From assembly GCF_006345805.1 (NCBI RefSeq), contig NC_043008.1, positions 32,674,001-32,738,000 of the forward strand: DNA of 64,000 nt, written 5' to 3'. The stretch is from Octopus sinensis (lineage: Eukaryota). Below the pieces are notes generated by a model. The model was not told the DNA's origin, ran no database searches, and saw nothing but the letters and a program-made list of their open reading frames with translations. Made by a program: the position numbers and the translations under genes. Of the stretch, positions 37,143 through 51,290 are shown piece after piece (the stretch's first letter is position 1; each line of letters starts with the position of its first letter).

Positions 37143-37187
37143 GTGGAGTGTGTGTGTGTGTGTACGTATGTATGTGTGTGTGCGTAT

Positions 37188-37335
37188 AGGTGCAGGAGTG
37201 GCTGTGTGGCAAGAAGCTTGCTTCCCGACAACGTAGTTCCGGATTCAGTCCCATTGCGTGTCACCTTGGGCAAGTGTCTTCTATTATAGGCTCCGGCTGA
37301 CCAAAGCTTGTGAGTGGATTTGATAGACGGAAACT
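37188..37335 (+). mobile_element. Family-A SINE 5' half
   Basis: ggtgcaggagtggctgtgtggcaagaagc...gaaactgaaagaagcc. Other partial copies at 39225-39565, 48105-48335, 48790-49070, 52205-52385 (-) and 53708-53888 (-). Confidence 0.8.
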
Positions 37336-37352
37336 GAAAGAAGCCTGTTGTG

Positions 37353-37397
<45 letters not shown>

Positions 37398-37398
37398 C

Positions 37399-37650
37399 AG
37401 TTGCTTTATGGTTAGCTTGCAGAAGGGAAACGCTATCGGTATAAACCTGAAAAAAGGTTTAAGGAAAGCATAAGGACTACTATGAAGTCACAGGAAATGG
37501 TTCCAGAAGATATAGAAACCCTTGCTTCGGATCGAGTTGGATGGCGAACAAAGGTGTGGAGTGGAGTAAAAGCATTTGAAGAGGCCAGGATAACGCACGT
37601 AAGACTCAAAAGAGATCTAAGGAAGAGTGTACCGATCGAGAAGGTGATGA
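37399..37650 (+). mobile_element. RTE (BovB-like) LINE ORF2 C-terminal fragment
   Basis: QLLYG*LAEGKRYRYKPEKRFKESI...LASDRVGWRTKVWSGVKAFEEAR matches the QLLYGEL..G.R...KRYKD...LA.DR..WR..V..G...FE..R motif of RTE ORF2 ends. Confidence 0.8.
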
Positions 37651-39619
37651 TTCCGTCTCTTTCATTTCTGATTTCAAATCATGCCGCGGGTTTTCATAGG
37701 TGATTAATGCAATCGCTTACTCTCTTAAATACCACAACTCTCAGGTCATTTGATGTGTACATTAAACATTCAGCCTTGCTCTCCAATGGTCTAATTTGGT
37801 TGCTGATTTAGAGAAACAATCTCATTGGTTTGTTTCGCTCAAAGTAATGTTGTATGTCATAAAAATCCTTTTCATTATAAGCACAAGGCCTGAAATTTGG
37901 AGAAAGGGAGTTGGTTCGTTACACTGACTCCAATACTTCGCTGGAAGATATTTTATCAACCTCGAAAGGATAAAATGCGATGTTGACCTCGGTGGCATTT
38001 GAACTCAGAACTTAAAGCCGAAATAAATGCTGCTAAATATTTTATCCGGTGTGTTAACAACCATTTTGCCAGCTCATCCCTTGTTGTATGCAATAAGGAT
38101 ACACATTAAGCTATCGCTATAACCCTTGTTTACCTGTCGATATGCTACGAACAACACAGAGGGCAGTCAGCGAATCATAGTTTTGCTGATCGACTTGTTT
38201 TTCTCTTGACTTAACAACATTGACGATTTAACGATAGTGATGGCTTCCAAGTACCGAAGTGGAATTGGCGAGGTGCTCATGCGCGGTAGAGAACACTGCT
38301 CGGCTGATTCAAACGTGTTGTACCTCTCACTTGCAACATTATTAACGCCCGCATGCACGCCCGCACGCACACACAGACGCACCCACACACACATACACAG
38401 TTAAACGAAGATATGCATGCTTGAAATGATAAACTGGAAATAAGTTTTGATTAATTGAAATTGTAACACTAATCACAATAATCATTAGTGCTTGTGAAAG
38501 TTTTTCTTAAGAGGAGCAAGGGAGAGAAATCACGAAATTTCAAACGTAAGAAAATTAAATGATGATATATAGGGACACGAGAGTAATTCTGATCTTCAGA
38601 ACCTGTCATGACAATTCCTGATATGTTTCGGACTTATTAGATCTCCTTAGCAAAACAAATTTTTGTTATGTTCCCAGGAAGCCTAACAATAATAACTGGA
38701 GCGAGAATAACATTCATTATGCAAATTAAAATATGACAGTCGAAAATTTCTAAACAGTACCGTCTCTTGAAGAGCATTAGAACAAACATATAATATCAAA
38801 CTTAAATAAACACATACACAGACACGCACACACGCACACACACACACACATACACACACGCACACACATACACACAGATATAAAATCGATATAGTTTGCA
38901 ACACATCCCCAAGTTCCTCGAAACTTATACGCTTGAAACCGTTTAAGTTAATCGATTCTAATCTAAATAAATCTCCATAGACTTTCTCTGTGCCTTTTCA
39001 ACTTCATTTACTTTTCCTATAGTACTACTGGTATGGATTAGTAGTGATATATATATATATATATATATATAAACCTTTAATCCATTATCGTTCGCCCGTC
39101 AAAATATATTTTGTTTTGCCAATGGCTCTTCGGGAACTCTTTGAGTTCAAAAAGGATGAATATAGCTTTTTGAGACACACACATATTTATATGTGTGTGT
39201 GTATGTGTGCATTTATGTATGTATCTGCGTGAAATCTTTGACAAATGTCTTCAATACAGTCGGGCCTTCTAATACCTTGTGACGGAATTTAGTAGACGGA
39301 AATTGCGTAGAAGCCCGGCGTATATGTGTCTGTTTATTTGTCCACCCACCCCTTACCGCTTGATCTAATAATCCTAACCCTAACCCTTGTCGACAGTGTT
39401 TCTTTTTTCACGTTTCCATAACTTAACGGTTCAACAAAGGATACCGATCGAATTAGCACCTAACTAAAAAAAATCTGAATACTGCGGTCGATTTGTTCGA
39501 CTAAAACTCTCAGGATGGTGTCCCAGCATGGCCGCACACTAAAACAACTAAAAGATAAAAGAAAAATAAATTTAGGATGCGTTCTAGGAGGAACATGAGG
39601 AAAAGAGATGCCCATTATT

Positions 39620-40025
39620 TTCTTCAAACATCCCAGACTAGCTGGAGAGATGCGGCTGAGGTTCAGTTTGTATATCTACAGGTAGAGTAACGTTACGCGA
39701 CAGGGTGTGTAGCTCGGAGATCAGGTTGGGTGGCTACTTCAGCATACTGAGAGGCCACAACTCCACTATTACGGACAGGTGGTTGGAATATCTCAGGAAA
39801 GAAACGCAAGACAGCTTCTTCAAGACGAGCCAACCGACAGGAAAACTAGGAGTTGACCAAGACTCAAATTTTTTGATAATACCAATAATTTCAGTTGGTC
39901 ATGTTGGGAAATCCAGGAGGAAAATGTATTGCTTCTGATTGGACCCTCTAGAGGAGGTGCCTGAGCCTGCTACCCTACGACAAACCCAGGAATAGTGGGC
40001 GGCGAAAATGAATTGATGAATGTCT
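39620..40025 (+). mobile_element. RTE-clade LINE 3' end (Rex3/Expander-like), decayed
   Basis: Across frameshifts: AAEVQF..RVTLRDRVCSSEIR..LLQHTERPQLHYYGQV..EPTDRKTRS*PR (cf. AAEMSFLRRV..LRDRVRSS..LLLHIERSQLRWLGH..PTGRRPRGRPR), ending gaaaatgaattgatgaatg like the GGAT-type tail. Confidence 0.75.
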
Positions 40026-40469
40026 AGAGATAAAAAAAAGTGGGCGGTTATTCGAGACGGTTGACAGATTGGGAAATCAAACTGAGAAGAGATTTTACTG
40101 TACGACGCAGGGATGGGGTTAAACACAGAAAGTGTGGCGGGAAGTGAAGAGACCTGTTTGGTCATGTGGGCTGTGATATCGAGGTAGAGAGGTGGGGTTA
40201 CGGCGAATTTTCTGAAAATCAGATACCGTTGTTGAAACGATAGAAGAAAGAACAACAAAGTTCGCGTCAGTTCTGTGAGCTTTCTATGAAAGTATGTACA
40301 TATTTCTGTGGGTATGTTTTTTGAATTTGTATACGGTGTGTATGAATGTATGTTGCCAAGAATCTCGTATATACACATAATACACAGATATACATAAACA
40401 TACATAAATGTATACACTTACATACATACGTACGTACATACATACATACATACATACATACATACATAC

Positions 40470-40538
<69 letters not shown>

Positions 40539-41537
40539 GTAGAAAGGGTAATTACGACAATCTCACTAATTAACTTGGCTATACTTAATGCGAATGTACG
40601 TTTAACAGATTGTTAAAAAACGATACCAACATTACTGTATATGGATCAACCAATTAACGAAATATCAACAAGTTAATTGATAATAATATTAAGCATACTG
40701 TAAATTTAAGTCTAGTACAACTAGTCATAGATTTATCGCAGAGAGTAAAAAATAATTCATATTGATTTATGTGTGTATTTGAGTGTTTGTGTGAATGTGT
40801 GTATGTATATATATATATATAATATATATATATATATTATATATATATATATTATATATATATATGTATGTATATATATATATGCAGAGAAACGCTATCC
40901 AAATTTCTCGTTGTTGATTAGGTCTTGGGTCTTAGATTGAATCTTGAGGACTAATCAATTTATCTAGCCGCCTCGTAAAGGTGACTTAACATTAGTTATA
41001 TTGTTCAATCTGTTCTTCATATTTCAATCATTTAAAGATGCTTTTCGGTTGTAATTATAGGCTTGTAAAACCTTGGAATGAATATGGAAATGGGTTTACT
41101 GTAATAACGGTACACCCATTATTTACCAACCATTTCGACACTTTGTTGATCGGTATAGCACAGTCGTTTTTGATTTGTATTCATGAGTATGAGACAAAAA
41201 TCAATAATCACATGAGAAACATCAAAGAAATAGGCTAAGTCAAGAGGTTAAGTAAAGCTCAGAGCAAATAGTTTTCTCTTATATGTCCGTGTGAATCTTT
41301 GTGTCTGTGTGTGTGAATTATAATAATTGAGTGTGAGTGCATGTGTGTGTTATCGTGTGTGTGTGTGTGTGTTATCGTGTGTGTGTGTGTGTGTGGTGTG
41401 TGTGTTATGTGTGTGTGTGTATGTGTGTGTTATCGTGTGTGTGTGTGTGTATGTGTGTGTGTGCGTGTGTGTTGTCTCGTCCTTTTGTATGTGTTGGACT
41501 AAAAGTTCGTTCATAATCCCCGACGATAGTATGTGTA

Positions 41538-41692
41538 ATGATGTAACTAGAGTGTGTGTCAACGGGGCAGACCTAGAGTTCCCCCAAGCCCATGCAGACT
41601 TATTCGGCAGATCCAAAAGTGTTCGCCCCATAAAAGTGTCATCCGAAGTGGACGTGCTCCTCCCCTCCCCAACCCACAGCTACGCTATTTTG
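41538..41692. mobile_element. Probable short DNA-transposon MITE
   Basis: Ends atgatgtaactag and cagctacgctatt are degenerate inverted versions of a CAGTGGCGTAGCTA-type TIR; GC-rich interior. Confidence 0.4.
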
Positions 41693-41939
41693 AATATAAC
41701 TTAAATGAAATTAGGTAACTATTTCAATCTAATTGTACGTTGCATAGACGGTAACTGGTGTTAGTTCAAAGCAAGCGTAGGAGATTCTTGATTTCTTCGT
41801 GATCAATTCTGATCGAACAGATCAATGTTTAAATTTGTTCAAGTTGGAATCGGTTTGTCTTTTTGTCTCGTATGAACTTGATTGACTAATATATCGCTTA
41901 TTTAAGACAATAGCGAGTGATACGAAGACGCTTTAGCTG

Positions 41940-41981
<42 letters not shown>

Positions 41982-42258
41982 CAGACCGAGCAGTACAGTA
42001 GAACATTCCTCGTTGAACACGGAAGTCAAGACGACATACGCTGACTTGCATGGGGTAAATATTGCTGGTCGGTGATACACCTTCAGAATCAATTCTATCA
42101 CCTTTACTTTCTCTGTCTCTGTCTGTCTATCTGTCTGACTCTCTCTCCCTCTCCCTCTCCAAGTGTTTTTGTTACAAATGTCGTTATACTTCTATAAGTT
42201 TTGAGAATACACACACACACGCACACGCCACAGCACACACACTTAAATATATATATAT

Positions 42259-42314
<56 letters not shown>

Positions 42315-42470
42315 GTGTATGATGTATGTATGTATGTATGTGTGTGTGTATGTATACACACACATATATATATATATACATATACATATATGTATATATA
42401 TGTGACCGCGTGTATATCGTTGGCGATATTTTTACTCCGCCTTCCCTTCCTTGGATCTTTTTTTTCTATG

Positions 42471-42503
42471 TTTCTGACGAAGAGCTCCGCTCGAAACGTT
42501 AAA
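42471..42503 (+). ncRNA. Minimal hammerhead ribozyme motif within a ~200-bp TA-flanked element (42405-42610)
   Basis: uuu CUGACGA A gagc ucc gcuc GAAA C G U U aaa; intact core, 4-bp stem II, ACGU palindrome, stem I uuu/aaa. Confidence 0.72.
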
Positions 42504-42618
42504 TCCTCCTTCTTTCTTTCCATTCCTGAGCGTCCAATAACACTATACTTGTTCCACGTCCTCGCGTTGTTGTGTTTTTTCTTTGTGTTTCCATGTTTGG
42601 ATTAACTATATATAGATA

Positions 42619-42700
<82 letters not shown>

Positions 42701-44049
42701 CATACATATATATATATATAGTTATTCAGCGATACATGTGAGTACGTGCAGAAGGATAAAACGACACCAGCAAGTAGTAATAAATATTGAATCTTTGCTG
42801 GATATATTTTTTAAAAATCATAATTGTAATATCCCTTTTAGATATGTTAATATTTTCATATTTAATGCCAGCCGGTTTACATTCTTAGAGCTTTCAATGA
42901 CAATGAATATTTTGATATTTTGTGTGTCTTTAAAACACGTTACAGTTTGCTGCGCTGACTTCCATTATTAATCGTAACATTTAATGCAACTTATATTTCT
43001 TTATAGTTGTTTTTGTTGGGTTTATCTGTTGTTGCTCCGTGATTGAATCTGAGCATTTATAAATTTGAATTTTTTTTTTTTACATTAAGCCGATTCATTC
43101 CCGTAAATGTATCTCAATGTCAACTCAATGGAATGTTTCCAGTTTTCTCATTATTAATTTGTTTTCTGTATATAGTTAGTTTTTTTTTTAGTTTTTTACC
43201 TTGGATTAAATTATGAGAGTTGCAAATAAAGCATACTTTTACGTTTAAAGTTTGTCTATCCTCAATCTATAACTGAGCGTTTACTAAAATATAGACGTGT
43301 ACAATTTGGGATTCCGCATGTTGTGATAGTGGGGTTGTAATCTTGTTTATGAAACTTTTCCCCAGTTAGTATATTTTCCAATGTCTTGAGGTACCTTTTT
43401 ATTTTGGAATTTTGTTGATGTTTTAAGACATTTTTTTTTTTCATATTTTGATCTTCATACAAAATAGATAAGTTTTTATAAATATTATCAAAGATTTAAA
43501 CATTTCTAGTATTAAATGTTGAGACATGGTAGAAATATTTTCTTGGTTTTACTGTTCACTTTCCTTAGATCGTCAATATTGTTTTCACTCTCTATATTCC
43601 ATTTGTAATTAAACTTAGTGGAAGAACTGATCTTTTAATAAGCATGTTTTTCAAGTCATCTAACTTTCGATCACATTTTGTAGGAATCGATTAATTGTGC
43701 AAATTCATTTTGAAATTCTGAATGAAATGTTCGTTTTTGTATATTTAGAATGACAGACTGTGAAGAAAAGATACTGTTTGAAATCAGTGAACTTGAAATT
43801 CACTGTAAATTTAATATTATGATTGATACTGTTCGCAAAGTTTTCAAATTTCATAGGTTTAACAAGGTTATCCTGTCATAAAATGAAACAGTTGTCTAGA
43901 TATATTTCCAGTTGTCTTTTGAATATATGAGAAGTGATATGTAACATAGATCATAAATATAATATTATTGCACAACACATACATACAAACATTCACACGC
44001 ACACACACATTTTATTGTGCTAAAATTTGAAACCAATTATATGTATGCA

Positions 44050-44129
<80 letters not shown>

Positions 44130-44468
44130 CATATATATGTTTTGTGTGTGTAAACATACACGCATATGTAAATGTATATATATTATATATATATATCTAT
44201 ATATATATATTGTATAAACATCCTGGCAAACAGTTAATTAACCGTTAGCACAATGCTTCAAGTTTGACATAACACGCAAAACGTCTCTGATCTTTCGGAT
44301 CACTTTCATTTTCATTAAAGACATCTGAAAGATCATACAGGCCGTGCGTATGTGTCGAACTTCAACTATTATACCGGTGCTTCATTAACTGTCTGCCAAA
44401 CATATATACAGAGCAAAGAACTATGGGGAGCTCTGTTTTGCACTTGGTAGTACAAGTAACGTATACAT

Positions 44469-44514
<46 letters not shown>

Positions 44515-45810
44515 ACACACATACACACACTCACACACTTACACACAAAATTTTAACGAAGAATGGCGAAGAATGGGCGAAGGGGGAAATAAGTGGTTGT
44601 AAGGAGAATTTGATAGAAAAAGAGAAGACGATAATAAATAAAGGGAGAAGAATCTTATTACATTTAGTTCCCACGCAACCAATTGTCAACCTTATTCTCG
44701 TAAAACTAAAAACACAAAAATATAAAAAGTATTAAAATATATGTTATTCTGCTGAGAGGTATTGAACAACTCTTCATTTCAATGTTTGACTGTTTTTATA
44801 TAAATTGCACATACACATGCAAGCATGCTCATACACGCACACATACACTCGCTCCCAACACACAAACATGCCCACATTTGCACACACACAACACACACAC
44901 ACACACATACACGCACACACACATATATATGTATATATGGGATTATTTGTAAACACAACACCTAAGAACCTAACGGTATATCTTTTCTACCTCTCTCATA
45001 AATTTTTTCCTAATACAATGATTTGATTAATGTAATTTAATCTTTAGGCAAAATTGAAACAGCTGTAAAAGAAAATGTTGGAATTTTGCAGTTAATAAAT
45101 TATATTAATGCTACATATCCATTTTCTAAATTTTATTTTATATATACATGATTGACCGCTAGCTCCAAAAGTTCTTTTTTATTCTTTCTTTGTTCATTTC
45201 CTCGTGTTCCTTTCTGCTGAAGAGCGTAGACTCAAAACGTAAAAGATATTCTCACCTTCCTGAGCGTTAAACTAATACATCTGTTTGTTGTTTATACACC
45301 TGTCTTCGTCTTTTGTTTTTCTGTAAATTTCAACTATATTTAGAGAGAGGGGGAGAAAGAAAAAGAGAGAGAGATACATACATAATATATATATAAATAT
45401 ATATATATGTGTGTGTGTGTGTGTACATATATATATATACATATATATACATATATGTCATTTTATATTTTTAATTTTGCACTTGTGCATTGTTTGTTCT
45501 TGATTTTGTCGGCTACACAATATAGTAGGGTCAGCTGACCACCGTCTGTGAGATAAAACAGTACCATGGCGCAATTCAGTCTGCCAAAATTTGGAAACGA
45601 CATACTGTACTGCTTGGCAACAGCGCCGGAATCTCCAATACGAACATTTCAGAGGGGTTTTTTTCAGAGTTTTTTCTTTTTTTTGCTCAAGAACACAACG
45701 CGCTGATCAGTGCGGGAATCGAACTCAGTATCTAGTGACCGTGAATGCAACACTCTAACCATCAGGCGATACGCCTCCACACACATACACCGAAACACAA
45801 ATATACACTT

Positions 45811-45880
<70 letters not shown>

Positions 45881-45928
45881 CATAGATACATACATACATA
45901 CATACATACATACATACATACAAACATA

Positions 45929-47219
45929 CGAGGGGCGTTCAATAAGTAATGCCCCTGACCCACTTCCCATAGCAGTAGAGCAACGAAACTTGGCACAGTT
46001 ATTAGTCTTTTTCTACATAGGAACCACCCAGAGTTACGCATTTCTCCCATTGTTTGATGCAGCTCTGGAGACCGTTTTTATAGAAGACCCCAGCTTGGTC
46101 CTCCAACCTGAACGCGACTTCAGAAATCAAGGCTGCATCATCTGGGAAACGCTTTCTTTTCAAAAACAACTTCATGACTGGGAAGAGGTGAAAATCAGAG
46201 GGTGCAAGGTCAGGAAAGTAGGGGGATTGGAGAGGAGTTCATAGCCATACGCCTGTGCTTCTGATCTGGCGACAAGCGAGTTGTGGACCGGAGCGTTGTC
46301 CTGCAGGAGGAGGATGCCTTTGCTGATCTTGCCCCGCCTCTTGATTTTGATAACTTCTCTTAATTTCCTCAAAAGTGAAGCATAATAGGCTCCTGCAATT
46401 GTGGTACCCTTTGCCAGGAAATCTGTCATCACTACTCCGTCCTGGTCCCAGAAGACTGTGAGCATGACCTTACCAGCGGAGGGCTGCACCCTTGCCTTCT
46501 TTGGAGGCGGTGAGTCACGGTGCTTCCACTACATTGACTGGGCTTTGGTCTCTGGATCATCGTGATGGACCCAGTTTTCATCATGTGTAATCAGTCTTTT
46601 GAAAAATTTTGATTCATCTTCTTGGCACATCTCCAAATTCACCCTCGAGCACTCGACGCGTTCTTGCTTCTGGAAAGGCGTGAGCAACCTGGGAATCCAT
46701 CTGGCAGATACCTTTTGCATATGCAAATGGTCATGAATGATAGTTTCCACAGACCCGGTACTAATCTTGACCTCATGGGTTATTTGGCGAATAGTTATGC
46801 ATCGATCTTCCAAAATGGCAGCCTCAACTTGACGGACAGATGCCTCATCAATGGCAAAAGGGGGCGACCAGATCTGGGAGCTGTTTCCGCAGAGTTTCGA
46901 CCATGTTTGAATTCACGATGCCAGCGTTTTACAAGGTCATATGATGGGGCATCATCACCATAAGTTACTTTCATTTCATCAAAAGTCTCCCGTGGTGTGC
47001 GTCCTTTCAAATACAAAAACCGGATCACTGCTCGACACTCAACAGGCTCCATTTCACACTTGACTCGGTTCAAACACCTGTAAATCAGAAACCACAATTA
47101 ATTCAGTGCTGTAATTTGCCACTTACTCTATAGAGATATAAATGATTGCACATGCAAAATTTCAGCTAGATCAAACAACTGCAAGTGGGTCAGAGGCATT
47201 ACTTATTGAACGTCCCTCG
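45929..47219 (-). mobile_element. Full-length mariner (DD34D, irritans/Himar1-like)
   Basis: 1291 bp, TA flanks, TIRs cgaggggcgttcaataagtaatgccc / ggcattacttattgaacgtccctcg. Confidence 0.93.
46002..47052 (-). pseudogene. Mariner transposase, about two frameshifts and one stop
   Basis: MEPVECRAVIRFLYLKG...ARWIPRLLT...ITHDENWVHH...LLQDNAPVH...(Y)SPDLAPSDFHLF...GSYVEKD*; D34D spacing is retained after correcting one frameshift. Confidence 0.9.
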
Positions 47220-47247
47220 TAGATAGATAGATAGATAGATAGTTAGT

Positions 47248-47351
<104 letters not shown>

Positions 47352-48759
47352 ATTTGAACATACACACATGCATGCACACACACACAAGCTATGTAATTCA
47401 TATATACATTACATAAAGATGTACATAATACATATAATCATAATATACATATAAAACGAAATGCTTCTTTCTTCCAAGATGCCAGTCATAGTTTTGCACC
47501 TGTTTAGCTGTAACTCAATACAGACACTTATTTTAAGAAGAAGGCTATAGTTTAAGAAACATTTTATTATTTTTTCTTATTAGCTCCTGTATATTCTCTA
47601 CCCACAAGCATTGTAAAAGACATTAGACACGTTTACTGATTAGAAACCTAATTCTGTGAGAGTAATTACGAAAATTAGAATCGAATGTTGGAAAACATTT
47701 TTTCCTAGAGAATTACAAAAAAAGCAACGTAAGAAAAATTTTTCTTTTAATGAAAGAAGGTATCGTGTAAAATTGTATTTTAGGTTCTGTATTTATTTGT
47801 TTATATTTTTTCACATTTTTATGACATTCAACGTGAGACATTTCCTGAATTGCTACGATACAACAACTCCGAGTAAATTAACAATCCTGCAGCAACTGAA
47901 TAAGACTGTTCGCATATTTGTAAAGGAATTTATCTTACATACTGAGAATTGATGTGATTATATACATGAATTAACAAACCCGAGCATCCTCAGATATAAG
48001 TGCTACTATAAATCATTAAATTCATAAACGTTGAAACATGAAATATAATATAATATAATATAATATAATATATATAATATAATATAATATAATATAATAT
48101 ATGCGTATGTGTATGTCTTTGTGTCTGCTTTTGTCTCCCCTCCCACTGCTTGAAAATCGGTGTCGGTGTGTTTACATTCCCATAATCCAGTGGTTCGCCA
48201 AGAGATTGATAGAATGAGTACCGGGCTTAAAGAGAAAACAATAAGTACTGGGGTCGATTCATTCAGCTAAAAATTCTTCAAGGTTGTGCCCCAGCATGGC
48301 CGCGGTCTCTAAAGAGAAATAAGTAACATATAAATGATAAAAGTATATATGCATGTGTGTGTGTTTGCATGCAAGCATGTATGGGTAATAAAAGTCCACT
48401 CGATAATGACTGTGATCATTGCTTGTTAATAAACATGTCTTTCTTTGTCCAGTTGATGATTTGCAAAGTTCACCACAACCGCTATATACATGCCTCCTTT
48501 CAGTTAACTGCTCCACAGAATCATGACAAAATGCACCAATAGAAAGACAACATATATTTCATGATTCATAGACATATATTCCTCAGGTGATGAACATTTA
48601 TTAATAGCGAACAGGCAGAATTGTTAGCACGTCAGACAAAATGTTTGAAGTCATTTCATCCGTTTCCACATTGAGTTCAAATGCCGCTGAACTTGACTTT
48701 GCCTTTCATCTTTTCGGTGTCTATAAAATAAGTGCTAATCAAGTACTGGTGTATATATT

Positions 48760-48790
<31 letters not shown>

Positions 48791-49114
48791 AGTAAAGAGC
48801 TTGCTTCCCATCCTCATGGTTCCGGCTTCAGTCCCACTGTGTGGCACCTTGACCAAGTGTATTTTATTATAACCTCGGGCCGACCAAAGCTTTGAGTGGA
48901 TTTAGTGGACGGAAACTCAAAGATGCCCGTCGCGTGTGTATCTCGGTGTCTGTGACTGTCTGTCAAAAGAGGCTTTAAAAACCGTTCTGTAGTATATTTG
49001 TTCCACCAAAGGACCCTTCAAGGCGCTGCTTAAGCATGGCCGCAGCCAAATGACTGAAACCTAAAAAATAAAATATATATTTAATTTTGTATATATATAC
49101 AGATATATATATAT

Positions 49115-49165
<51 letters not shown>

Positions 49166-49186
49166 CACATATGCATTTATATATAC

Positions 49187-49281
<95 letters not shown>

Positions 49282-50187
49282 ATATAATATATATATTATA
49301 TATATATATATTATATATATATATATATAATATACACACTAGCCTAATGCCATTCAGCGGGCACGAAAAAAGTTAAATATGAATAGAAAATCTCATTCTG
49401 TGCATTAATTGAATATTCAAATGACTTCGTTCGCCATAACGGCTTGCAGCAACTGTATGATTAAAATAACATGATGAAACATTTTTAATGTAATCTTCAT
49501 TCATATATATTTTTTCGCCATTTTGTTATATTAGAAAGCGAAAACCATGTAAGGACATATTTATTTATTATACCATATTCTAATCTATTACATAACTCTA
49601 TAGAATTTCTGTATACATAATAATCTTTACAAAAGATCCTTTTAAATTTTCGTTTCTACAACAACGCTAAAGCGCCCGATTTTCCTACTCTCGATGTAGA
49701 TTAAAAAGCAAGGATGGAAATAATTTCACCTCGTATTTGAGCGCTTAATTTTCTTTTTTATAATTGCTATTGGCATGTATTTCTGAATAATTCCATCTCT
49801 TTACAATTGCAGGAGGGTAATTATATTTTATTTTTCGCATTGTTTTACATTGGCATCTTCATGTTAGGTACAAATTTCTTTTACGTATCTACTTATGGTG
49901 GCCGATATTTGTGGAGGAGCTTTGTAAAGTACGCTATTAAGTTATAACCTAGATGATATTAAATTATATTGATACTATTACACACTTTTATATACATTTG
50001 TATATAGGTAGATATATCAATATGTGATCATACAGCTCTATTATATGCCTAAATAATGAAGCTTTGGAGTTGTTAATATGATTTTTCTAAATAGATGATC
50101 AGTTTAGGATGGGACATTACCTGAAACGATGTTGGTTAATTCCCAGATCAACATTATGAGAATGATATATGGTACAGGAAAGTCCAC

Positions 50188-50230
<43 letters not shown>

Positions 50231-50239
50231 TGTGTGTGT

Positions 50240-50283
<44 letters not shown>

Positions 50284-50641
50284 TGTGTATGTATGTATGT
50301 ATGTATGTATATAACATTTGTAAACAAACACAAAAGGCTTTGTAAGCTATGTAGAAAAAGCTACTGTGAATGGGCTATAGTATAATAACTGTATATACGT
50401 AGTATTATTTTAAGTATGTGTTAACTAAATTTGGATGAACTTGATGGGTGAGCGTTTGGCTAATCGGATGCACAAGGAGCCGTGTTAGCGTTGATTTGTG
50501 GGTTTGATTCTGGCTGGGGTTACTCCATTATTTTACAGTCATTTGTTTGTATTTATAAGTTGTCGCTTCAAATCGGAGAATAAAATATTATGATATGGTA
50601 TTATACAGTTATATATGTATAAATATGTATATATTTATATA

Positions 50642-50716
50642 TAATCCAAACATGAAAACACAAAGAGAAAACAACAACGCGAGGAAGTGGAACAAGTATA
50701 GTGGTATTGGACGCTC

Positions 50717-50798
<82 letters not shown>

Positions 50799-50868
50799 TA
50801 TAATATATATATATATGTATGTATATTTATATGCATACATATGTGTGTGTTCGTGAATATGTGTGTAT

Positions 50869-50947
<79 letters not shown>

Positions 50948-50998
50948 TACATTATGCAGTAATGTAATATATAATATATATTGCATTATACTTATAAG

Positions 50999-51031
<33 letters not shown>

Positions 51032-51052
51032 ATATTAATTCAATATATATTG

Positions 51053-51092
<40 letters not shown>

Positions 51093-51290
51093 TACATACA
51101 CACACACATATATATATGCATATAAATATACATACATACATATATATATATATGTTTATATATATATGCTTATATATATATACATACATACATACATACA
51201 TATATATATATATATGAGCGTCCAATACCACTATACCTGTTCCACTTCCTCGCGTTGTTGTTTTCTCTTTGTGTTTTCATGTTTGGATTA
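50642..51290. repeat. Foldback: 75-bp arms (1 mismatch) extended by mirrored TA/CA microsatellite
   Basis: 50642-50716 is the reverse complement of 51216-51290; the arm sequence is the 3' end of the hammerhead-bearing element family at 42405-42610. Confidence 0.92.

Noticed and set aside
39899-40417. 172-aa minus-strand ORF first considered as a LINE ORF1
   Set aside because: It starts in a microsatellite, and its lower part is antisense to an RTE 3' end that explains 39620-40025 on the plus strand.
43262-43462. 66-aa ORF ...KQDYNPTITTCGIPNCTRLYFSKR
   Set aside because: No acceptor pyrimidine tract on that strand, the start lies in an A-run and no family is recognised.
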